A stretch of DNA of 64,000 nt from Phoronis australis (lineage: Eukaryota > Animalia > Phoronida). Below the pieces are notes generated by a model, which saw only the letters and a list, made by a program, of their open reading frames with translations, was not told where the DNA came from and ran no database searches. How positions within the stretch are numbered: the stretch's first letter is position 1; every line of letters begins with the position of its first letter. Positions 28,323 through 38,830 of the stretch are shown here, in pieces. Where the stretch lies: positions 97,014 to 161,013 of the forward strand of contig NMRA01000478.1 in assembly GCA_002633005.1 (NCBI GenBank), written 5' to 3'. A program made the position numbers and the translations under genes.

Positions 28323-28579
28323 ACTTCGATTGTTGCCATGACGTCAACGCATTATTCAACAAGTGCTACATGACATGTGACAGAATGACAGCATATTCAT
28401 TTCCATCTAAGATAAGGCTAAAATATTTCATTAAACAAGCCTAGGCTACAGTCACAACTGAGACCAACACATTATTGCTTTTAAATGCAAAAAAGCAATT
28501 ATGGTATAGCATACTGACACACCATGGCTGACGTTAGTGACTGAATGGACAATGTTAACTTCTAAAATTGTGGTTATAG

Positions 28580-28983
28580 TTGCACTGAGAGACAGTTGTC
28601 ACGGAGCAAGTAAAACGAACAGCTAATTGGGTGTAAGTGTCACACAGCAAGTTGAAACCGCGGCGGCCATTTTTGACACCAGTTTGAGAAGTAGAGAGAG
28701 TTGCTCTCGATCAGTTGCTCCAGTTTCAACTACATGTCTAAACACAACTGGGGCACGGCGTAAAGGGATTGTCATTCAACGTGTTTGTGCAATAGAGTAA
28801 ATATACTATGAGGTGATCCGTTTGATGCGCAAGTTTGCACGTTCGCTATTGTTTATGTGAGCATGCACAATAAGTCTTCGGGTGACTCATGCTGAGTTCA
28901 CGATCTAATGTTGCATTTAAACTGGAGCAAGTTGCACCGTGACAACTTACACTGTGACAACTGTTTCTCATGTAAAAGACGCT
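28580..28983. mobile_element. Harbinger-like MITE
   Basis: TGAGAGACAGTTGTCACGG ... CTGTGACAACTGTTTCTCA inverted ends. Internal AGTTGCTCCAGTTT / AAACTGGAGCAAGT inverted pair. Confidence 0.65.
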
Positions 28984-28999
28984 GAACTTAGGTATCTTA

Positions 29000-29138
29000 C
29001 CGTACCCATCCTGGTTACCGCCCTGGGCGCTTAAATTGGAAATCTAAAAAACAGGGGGTGGGCGGTAAGCCGAGTATGGGCAGTTAAAATCGAAATTATT
29101 GAAAATTTCGGGGGTGGGCGGTAACTGGGCAAGTACGG
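29000..29138. mobile_element. pogo/Tc1-like MITE (TA TSD)
   Basis: TA|CCGTACCCATCCTGGTTACCGCCC ... GGGCGGTAACTGGGCAAGTACGG|TA. Related end fragment at ~34260-34417. Confidence 0.7.
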
Positions 29139-29143
29139 TAATA

Positions 29144-29382
29144 TCCCAGTGGCACAATAGCATGGTGCAATCCACTCCCAGTGGCACAATAGCATGGTAT
29201 AATCCACAGGAAAAGTTGAAAATGTACCAAATGCCTTACACATGCATCATCACCCAGATGTTGTAAACAATACTCAACTACCCAGAACCAAATTTCAAAT
29301 GACAGACCTAGTGATTGAGGTGACAGACCTGTGATTGAGGTGACAGACCTATGATTGAGGTGATCTACCAAATGATTGAGGT
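29144..29382. repeat. Two short minisatellites (32 bp x2; 20-21 bp x4)
   Basis: TCCCAGTGGCACAATAGCATGGT..AATCCAC twice; TGACAGACCT(a/g)TGATTGAGG about four times. Confidence 0.75.
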
Positions 29383-30483
29383 AGCAGGTTTCCATTGTTT
29401 TAGAATGTGTCATTTTCAGGATACTTTGAAGGTTAAGAAAACTTGTAGAAACTGAAATGATTGATGAAGATGTTGAAACCATCACCTACATAAACAAACA
29501 TTATAGAGCAAATCTGTCAATCACTAGATTATAGCTTGGGCCTGCACCTAAACAGTATGATGGACCCTCTAGCCTCGCGTCGCAAGCTGTCCATGCATAC
29601 TAAAAGTGTGTAACATCAAAATGAGTGATTGTTTGTACGTGATCACAATTCTTGAATATGAGAAAACCTGTTGAGCAAAATTGTTAGCTTTTAATCATCC
29701 CAAATCTAAAAAATGCAGCTCATTTTCAAAGATACATTGATGATCGATATGATGTCCCAAGTGATAAGTTTGTCACAAGCTAGTTTGTACCAGAGAAAAT
29801 GGAGAGCGAGGAAGGTGATAAAAGGTCATTTATTATGACCAACACAGTTACAAGTAATAGACAGGGAATACAAATTGAGTGAAATAAAAATAATCTCTGG
29901 TAAGATGGCCAATAAAGAGCGCCACAAGAAATGTTGTAAGACAGCTCACAAGACCTACGACAAAACAACCAGGAATTCCCTGTCATGGCGGCAGCCAAAC
30001 TCACAGTCAGAGTAATATTCTCTCATGAACTAATGAAGTGAGATTAACAGGACCTTTTAGTTACAGGTGACTTAAGCCATTCTGTAACTTTGATGTCTTG
30101 ATGGTTATTTTTGCTGTCAGCAGAATTAGGAAACATGACTAGGAAACAATTTATTTTGTCTGATTAGTTATGTCTTGTACTGTAATGTAGCTTGTGCTCT
30201 TTCTCTATAACATAGCTTTATTTTAAAAGGATACCAAACTCGGTTTTAACCCATTAACATATAGTAAAATGACTTTCCCATCCAGTTCTCTGTAACAAAA
30301 TAATGCCCTGTAACTCTCAACAACCCTAAAAACAGTAGGGAAGTTTGAAAACTCCCTTCCAAATCGACTGTAATGGGCAAGCATGACCTATGCTGTGCTT
30401 TTAACGAATTAACACACCAGCTGCAGGGGGGGGGGGGGGGNNNNGACTACCAGGACCATGATGTCTTCCATTCCGTGCTGACA

Positions 30484-30979
30484 GGCACTTTCATACTAAT
30501 ACGTTGACATTTGGGGAGTTGTGGCCAGTATCAGCATTTACTCATGTCCTGGATCAAAGCTAACAGAGCCACTTTGCAGTAAACAGGTGGCGTACCAGCG
30601 AAGCATGGACACTGCCGTGCAGTATGAACAGTCAACTTCAGTCCCATCGATGTTATCTCCAAGGACCACTATTATTGTCATCAGTTAAGGGCAGTGTCGT
30701 CGCTAACAGTTGCGTATATTTCGCTCCAATAATCATGAATCGAATAAGACATAAGTTTTTTGTGAAGCAACACAAGTAAATCTTCCAAAATGTCGCATTA
30801 AAGAAAAACTTAGCATGCATACGACGCATCAGCCCTGTGCCTTACTTTTACAACAGTGTCACCAGTACCATTTACTTTGATGTCCGTTGACTACCAAAGC
30901 CAACAGGAATGGTTCAGTTAACTTCGTAGTTTATGTTGATGCTCCGCTCAGACCGAAGTTAAGTCAGTATGAAACGGCC
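30484..30979. mobile_element. MITE family A, second full copy
   Basis: GGCACTTTCATACTAA ... GTCAGTATGAAACGGCC; colinear with 1144-1623. Confidence 0.8.
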
Positions 30980-32076
30980 TATACGGAGTATGAATTTTTA
31001 TGTGGAAGTATCCTTTTAAGTAGTTACTGGTAATCAACTTCCACATTCACAATGAGGTTACTTTGGACAAACCTGATGATACCAAGCAAAACTTGAAAAA
31101 AGGTTGACAAGTCTGAGTAGGAGTAATTTGTACACTCATGTGAATTATAAACAAATGAACATGTCAAAACAAGGCTGACAGTTATTGTCATCTTGTGAAC
31201 ACCATTGCCAAAAAGGTCAATTTAGAAATCAGACCTCAAATATTTAGACAAGCAGTTGCAGATATCACTTAAGTTCAACTCCAGGAGGATAGTGAATAAC
31301 TAAACCATATTTGCGACACCTCGCTATCTCTTACAGTAGGAATTTTAACAACTGTGTCAATCCCAACTTGGTCAGTATAACAGGGCTTGAAATGACCCAT
31401 GACAAAAAAGTGGAATTTTTACGGACCTAAATACGCATTTCAATCTCAACAGATCGAAAGTAAACATTATTATCACAAGATGCCCAGTAACTGTGTCGTG
31501 TGGGCAAAACGCACTCATCTTAAGCAGTACCTGTCATCTATTTCAGCAAGAACAATGAAGGCAATTATATGCAACAAAAGATATTTTTTAAAATTAAAAT
31601 AATAAAGATAATGATGAAAAATTTGCAGTGTGAGTGGCAGGAGCTTGTTCTTGATTTGCTGCAGGAAGAGCTATAAAATTATTTTCAATTCTAATAACTA
31701 CGATACAAAATTACAAAAAGAATTTGAAAATCAACCCATAGATTATTTGGAAAGGCAGAAAAGCATACACATTTAATTCCAACAAAAAATTAATTCCAAT
31801 GCAAATGGAAAAAAGTCAAGACAAAAACCTGTGGCTCATACCACAACTGTTAGCATGGAAAATTAAAGTCTAAAACAACATACTTTAAACTATAGACTAC
31901 ACCAATCCCAATCCTAAGATGACGAAACTTTTCAGTTTCAAGCAGTAATTACAGGAGTTAATTGTTCATAAGCCACTCTGGTGTAGAAGAAACTATGTGA
32001 CATATAAGAAATAACTTACAAGGACACTTAAAATAGGCTGGCAGAATTTGTAAACAATGAGAAAATAGATCCACAA

Positions 32077-32158
32077 TGTGTGCACACGCTCGCGCGTGCG
32101 CGTGTGTGTGTGAGTGTGGGTGAGTGGGTGGGCGCGGGTGCGTGCGCGTGTGTGCGTA
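32077..32158. repeat. Compound (TG)n/(CG)n microsatellite
   Basis: Mostly alternating purine-pyrimidine tract TGTGTGCACACGCTCGCGCGTGCGCGTGTGTG... Confidence 0.8.
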
Positions 32159-33394
32159 TGGTAAAAGACAGGTAAAACTGCCTGTTGTTTTCACATCCTG
32201 ACCTTATTGTTAAGGTAACAAGCGGTATTAACCTGCAATTTATAAAACAAAGTATTTAGTCACCTGAAGCCAATCAGACATATCCTAAAATTTGTAAATC
32301 CAGTGAAAGGCACTTACATGACTTGATTTGCTATGAAATGCATCAACAAAATGCATCTTACTTTAAGAATAGAATTGTGGTTTTTGTGGCACTTGTGGTA
32401 ACACAAGCAAACTTCCTAAATCAAAAACTAAGCATTTCAAATCATAAACTTAAAGAAATACAAGTGATTACCGAATAAAAATCTCACACAATTTCACTTT
32501 GATGTCATTTCTAGGCATAGGCCTCAAAATTGCTTGTTATGAGGAAAAACCGTGTTTATATGAACATACAGACTAGCCACAATCTTTGCAACAACTGAAA
32601 TGTTAATTCTGGGACCATACTATAGTACATTCTGGGCTAGACTTTAAAGCTTCAGGAAAGTAACAGAACATTTTAAAGACATTTTTTGGTTAATTTAAGA
32701 CTAAATCTCTGATAAATTTCAAGCCATGGCTCATGATATCAGCTAGTGCCAAAAATACAGAGCACTCAAGACAATATCGTTGGAAATGAACCGTGAACAT
32801 TGTTATATGTTAAAGAAATTTTGTCAACAGGAGGCAATACTGCCAAATAACCTTTATCCAAGTTAGGATGTTTCTGTTGTCCACAGAGTTGGTTAACCGT
32901 GAACAAAAAACCGATCTGGGTGCATGTTGAGTTTCTGGCCTTCATGAGAAACATTGCAGTCAAGGGACTAACTATTGATTACGGTATATGGCGTTCACAT
33001 GCCCTTTGATCAGAGGTAGATCGGACCTCAGGAGTCACATCTGAAGTATGAATGAAAGCCGCTGAATTGACTTCATGTGAGTGTTCAGGAGATCATCTCA
33101 AACCCCCAGTGACATCGACTTCGTATTTTGAAAAACACAAGAATTTTACAAACAAATGTCAACTAACTAATAGCTGTAAAAACAAAGATCAAAATGTCAA
33201 AAATTCTAGTAGCAGGAATCCTAGAATTTTGACCGTTTGTATCCCACAATTTTTATACCTAGTCATTTTGGACCCTCGGGGCATTTGGCAAAACCTACCC
33301 TAAAAGTTATAGAGAATGGTGCATTATGCCTCGTTGGTTCACTAGGTGCCTAGCCCCACCTAGCGGCACGCAGGAAACCAGCGAGTCATTATGC

Positions 33395-33583
33395 CAGCTT
33401 TAACCTGGGTAGAGTCTAGTATGCCAAGCCCTATGATAGGCCACCTTGATAAAAAGCAAGACTTCACGAGAGTACGTGAAAAAATGCCGTATATTTTAAA
33501 TGAGAACACTTGATTTTGGTGGGCTAAATTTTTCTAGTGGCGAGATTGGTAGCCTACTAAATTCTACCCTGGGATAAACACAG
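33395..33583. mobile_element. Degenerate hAT-like MITE
   Basis: CAGCTTTAACCTGGGTAGAGTCTAGTA versus reverse complement of right end CTGTGTTTATCCCAGGGTAGAATTTAGTA. Confidence 0.5.
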
Positions 33584-35655
33584 GCTTACTCCCAGTAGGC
33601 CTAACTGAAAAAAAAAACGGGCAACTGGATACAAAAAGCAACATTTAGGCCTAATCTTTGCTATCAGTACGTGACACTAAGGCATAAACGTTACAGAATT
33701 GCCAAAATTTTGCTTTGTCAATTTGTTCTGGTACGTAATTCACGAAAGTGTCTGAATTTTTAGAATGCCTAGAAAGTAAGAGCTCAAAGTAGATTAGTGA
33801 TGAGGTGCAAACTCAGACCTTGTTCATCAACATCATAATGATGTAACACACAGTTAAATTCCCTTTAAGTCAATACATTGGTTCACTCTAGTTAAACAAG
33901 TCTGATCAGCGTGAAGATTACCCTAACAATGAGTCCTGAGCTGGTTAGTCAAAGGGCCATGCAAATGGCTGTGAAGTCTATCTCAGACAAACAAAGACTA
34001 TTTGTATTTTTGTGTTGCTAACAAGTTCTAACGCTGTTTAATCTGTTGCAAAACTCCCAAATCTACGGTCTAGTGCTAGAAAAAAACCGCGGGTTTCATG
34101 GGCGTCACTTCTATAGGCCTATATTTCGTTAACTAAAGGTCAGTTGATAAGCTTAAAAAAGGTGGTTGCTGCTCTTGAGTGGTTCCACTAACGCCGGCAG
34201 AGTCCTAGGCGAAGCGGTGAACAAAAGCATTGGTTTAAGTGCAAGTTCTGTAAGCGGTATGTTGGGGATGGGCGATTACATGAGAGGTGGACGTTTACGT
34301 GGAAATTAGCACAAAGTAGGGGATGCTCAATTACCGAAGCAGTGGAAACTGAAACTTGACCAAAAGTCGGGATGGGCGATTACACGGGCATGGGCGTTAA
34401 CCCGCAAGTTTACTGTAATTGAAATGGAACATCTGACTGTGATAATGATGAATCTCGTAGTGTTGATTATGTGTTTTTGTTATACATGTGTTTTGAACAG
34501 TTTAACCATCAAATTGTCTGACCACTAAGGTACGTGTGAATATCCATTATTCGTATTTATGCATGTGAATTGTTTTGATAGGTTGTAACTTCATCCATCA
34601 TGCAGTGTGTCCTCAACGTCGTCAAAGCAAGAGGAGTCAGCAGCGTACGTCATGTCCACGCAACATTATGCATGTCATCTACGCACAGGTACTTTATTGC
34701 AGCAGAATACTTGGATTCAAATGCAAAGACGTTTCTGTACTTACAAGTCAGTTTAATCTCCAACAAAATACTGTAATTTCTTATGGAAGTTTGATGTGTG
34801 TGTCTAGTAGTTATACTACACACCTGCATAAATTTGTCACTGTCTTACGAAGATACTAGGAGTAAAAAATAACAAGTGAAGTAAATTCTGACTATAACTA
34901 ACCAATACCTTTTACCAACAGCTTTAATGATGCAATTTCCTTATTTGTGTGTGCATTTAGGAGTTACTGGTGCATACCTGAATAAGATAGATTTTAGATT
35001 AACAGTTTCTGGTATAATATTGATTGCTTGATAACGCATCAAAACTGCATTCTGGGAAATTAGTAGGAAGAAAACAGTTTGTGAAATTGACCGATTGGAA
35101 TCGCTAAATGATGTACTTGGGTTTGTGATCTTGACCTCAAGCAACTTGAAGAAACTGACTGGAAGTGCATGCATGCATTTATCATAATTGTGACGGACAT
35201 TAGAAACTCTGTGGTAACCACAGTTTTCCTTCACGTGTATCATTCAGAATCGTGAATTTTGAGATTTTTTTCTGAAAATTTTCTCTCATGTAAAAGTGAA
35301 ATGCTCTACTAGACGTCAGCAATTGTTGACGAACATTCACTTGCCTCTTTAAAGAGAAGTGGAAATATGTCCCATAATCGTAAATTCATAATAACATATT
35401 ATGCTGATTTCTGGATTTTTGTGTACTGTTTTTAAACACTTAAAACTTTTGATTTTCTTCGTTTCCAGCTGCGTTGCTGTATGGACAAGTTTTCAAGGTT
35501 ACGACACACACGCTTCTGATGTTTTCAAATGGGTTCCTAAAATGCTAGTTCTTTGGTTCTTGTATATAATCAAGTAAGAAAACACGTATTTATGGTCCTT
35601 AAATTTTCATTACACATTGAGAAAAATATTTTGTACAATTTTATAGACCCCTAGA

Positions 35656-36910
35656 GTTGTAGATTTTGAAAGCGATTGCGTATTAGAATATTTGGGACTT
35701 CAGTTGCGGCCTCAGTTATGCTAGCTTTTTGCTTATCACAGTTAACCAAGTTAAAGAGCATGAGTTTTTGTCTTCAAGACATTCATTAGACATGATGAAT
35801 ATGTAATGTACCAACTTTTGCAGATGTGCTCCAAAAATTGTAATTTTGAAAGCGATTTTGGTTTGAATATGTAGTAAAATTTGTGCGAATTTCATTATTG
35901 ACCACTAGTCATGTTAGCTTTTTGCTTCTAGTTAAAGAGCATGTGTTTTTGTCTTCAAGGCTTTCATTAGACATGATGAATATGTACTGTACCAACTTTC
36001 GCAACTGTACTCCAAAAATTGTAGATTTTGAAAGCGATTTTGGATTGAATATGTAGCAAAATTTGTGCGAATTTCATTATTGTCCCCAGTCATGATAGCT
36101 TTTTGCTTCTCACAGTTAACCAAGTTAAAGAGCATGTGTTTTTGTCTTCAAAACATTCATTAGACATGATGAATATGTAATGTACCAACTTTTTCAGATG
36201 TGCTCCAAAAATTGTAATTTTGAAAGCGATTTTGGTTTGAATATGTAGTAAAATTTGTGCGAATTTCATTATTGACCACTAGTCATGTTAGCTTTTTGCT
36301 TCTAGTTAAAGAGCATGTGTTTTTGTCTTCAAGGCTTTCATTAGACATGATGAATATGTACTGTACCAACTTTCGCAACTGTACTCCAAAAATTGTAGAT
36401 TTTGCAAGCGATTTTGGTTAGAGTATGTAGTAAAATTTGTGCAAATTTCATTATTGGCCTAAGTCATGTTAGTTTTTTTAGCTCTCAAAGGTAATCAAGT
36501 TAAGGAACATGTGGTTTTGTCTCCAAGACTTTCATTAGACATGATGACTATGTACTGTACCAACTTTCGCTGATGTGCTCCAAAAATTGTAGATTTTGAA
36601 AGCGATTTTGGTTTGAATATGTAGTAAAATTTGTGCGAATTTCATTATTGACCCCAGTCACGTTAGCTTTTTTCTTCTCACAGTTAACCAAGTTAAAGAC
36701 CATGTGTTTTGTCTCCAAGAGTTACATTAGACATTATGGATATGTACTGTACCAACTTTCGTAGATGAGCTCTTAAAATTGAAGATTTTGAAAGCGATTT
36801 TGGTCTAAGTTTGTACAAAAATGTTTACGAATTCTAGCTGTGGCTCCATTTGTGCTAGGTTTTTGGCTTTCATATTTTATCAAGTTATAGAACACCTGTT
36901 TTCTTGTAAA
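35656..36910. repeat. Satellite array, ~7 units of 180-194 bp, with a 374-bp dimeric higher-order duplication
   Basis: G(A/C)AAGCGATT at 35668, 35848, 36030, 36222, 36404, 36598 and 36790. Alternate units share diagnostic variants. Confidence 0.9.
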
Positions 36911-37292
36911 GTATTTACTGACTTCTCAATAAATGAAAACTTGTATGAGCATGTTTCACTGCTAACCAATAAACATATAGGTCATAAAAACTTTTGATTG
37001 GGATTCTTTGGCGAATCAAGTTAACCTCCACACAGAAAATTGAGGGGGTAATAATTCTTCAACTTCAATTATGTCACACAACATTTCTAGGTAAGGTCCA
37101 TTTCGTTTATGGGCCTACAAAGAATTCTGGGCAATAGAAAAATCAGTTATCTTTTCAATGCAATGAGATAATTCCTTGAAGGACATGTTTAAACTGGATT
37201 GGTAACCCGAAAATAAGTGTGAAACATTAAATATTAAGCCAAAATCGATGGAATATCACTAATTTAGGGTTTTGTAATAGTGCAGTGTTTAA

Positions 37293-38613
37293 AGGCGAAG
37301 GCAACCTTTTTCATGTCATTTTTAGCAAAAATAAGGTTCGTTGATTATCCCAGACATATTTTTACTTATTTACATGATTTTCGTAATTTAATTAATTATT
37401 CGTCGTCTACTCCGGAAGTGACGTTTTAGGAGGCAACAATTTCGCACCAGTTTCTTTTCATATAGTCTGACTGTGAGAGCAGTCGAGTCAGTCATTGTTC
37501 TACCTCGGTTGTGATAAGTTCGGTCGTCGTTTGCTTTTGCTTACGAGTCAGTCAACATGCCACGCTGTTGCTGCGTACTGGAGTGTACTCATTATCGTCT
37601 CACGTACAGAGGAAGAACTGTCCCACTTGCCCGAGTGTCCCGCGACACACTCCCACTGGAGGGTGATCTGAGCACCCAAACTGCTTACATCCCGCCGTGT
37701 GACTCCCGTACCACACACCTGGCACCTTCCAACTAGCTCCAATACAAGTCCACAATAAACTTATCAAACTTAGGCTCGCCGATCTGTTCATTGGATGACG
37801 AACTGTCCTCTTCGCTGGGTGTCGAACTGGGCCTGTATTCACTCCCATTACTCAACATCGCTGCAGGGCTGCTTACAAGCTCTGGGCTAGAGACAACAGC
37901 ACAGGGCGAATCACTGCTAGTTCCCGGAATTGCACGCAATGGGGGTACGTTCGGAGGCACGGGTAACAGTAGATGAAGTGCCTCCAGTCACTGTATATAG
38001 TGGCTACAGCTCGCGAGGATTCTCGCTTCAAAAACGGGTTGGTGACGGGGCACTGCCGGGAATCAACAGCGACGGTATGGTACCCTTCCTCAGGCGTTGT
38101 TTCGCAGGGACCTTCATCAATTTAGCGTACATATCTGTCATAATCTGACGGCAGAAAATGCTTACCACACACTCGGTAACCCTCCATTGCTTTGTACGTT
38201 GCGTGGACGGGTAGCGCTGCGTTCTTCGCATGAACGAGCTAGCCAAGTACGGCGAAGTATGTCATCCTTCGGAAAGCGACGCAATGTATCCAAAGCGCGT
38301 GTGAGACGATAATGAGTACATCCCAGCACGCAGCAACAGCGTGGTATGTTGACTGACTTGTAAACAAAAGCAAACGACGACCGAACTTATCACAAATGAG
38401 GTAGAACAATGACTGACTCGACAGCTCTCACAGTCAGACTATAATGAAAAGAAATTGGCGCGAAACTCTTGCCTCCCAAAACGTCACTTCCGGAGTAGAG
38501 GACGAGAAATTAATCAAATTACAAAAAGCTGTAATCAAGTGAAAAATGTGTCTGGGATAATCAACGAACCTTATTTTTGCTAAAAGTGGCATGAAAAAAG
38601 GTGGTCTTCGCCT
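37293..38613. mobile_element. Kolobok-superfamily deletion derivative with ~312-bp inverted arms, TTAA TSD
   Basis: TTAA|AGGCGAAG ... CTTCGCCT|TTAA. 37293-37603 is the reverse complement of 38301-38613. Internal THAP plus zinc-finger coding relic. Confidence 0.88.
37604..38347 (-). pseudogene. N-terminal fragment of a Kolobok-type transposase (THAP C2CH domain, low-complexity linker, Cys/His zinc-binding region); frameshifted, DDE domain absent
   Basis: Across frames: PRCCCVLGC..RFPKDDILRRTW..YRVCGKHFLPSDY..DMYAKLM..RLRKGTIPSL, then KFIV..LELVGRCQVCG..GAQITLQWECVAGHSGKWDSS. Confidence 0.8.
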
Positions 38614-38830
38614 TTAAATATACAGTCACACACACACCCGTATATACATAAAGAGCAGGCCCCTGTGCCTTCGTTGTATGAAGAAAAAAAAACAAGCGTC
38701 AGTTCCAGTCTTTCTTTTTTTAACATTTATTCATCCATAAGTAGCGTGAGACATATACTAAATTTAAAGGGAATATACACATTCATACACTCATTCATTC
38801 CCGGGGCCTAAATCTTATTTGTAACCCCAG

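Noticed and set aside
29096-29485. 129-aa minus-strand ORF with an acceptor-like site
   Set aside because: Low complexity, runs through minisatellites into a MITE, no recognisable domain.
486-34859. Numerous 60-113-aa ORFs
   Set aside because: No recognisable domains, many non-ATG starts; consistent with chance ORFs in non-coding or repeat DNA.
38702-38715. LINE target site as an snRNA/tRNA gene (Tx1-type specificity)
   Set aside because: The rejoined flanks do not resemble any structural RNA I can recognise.
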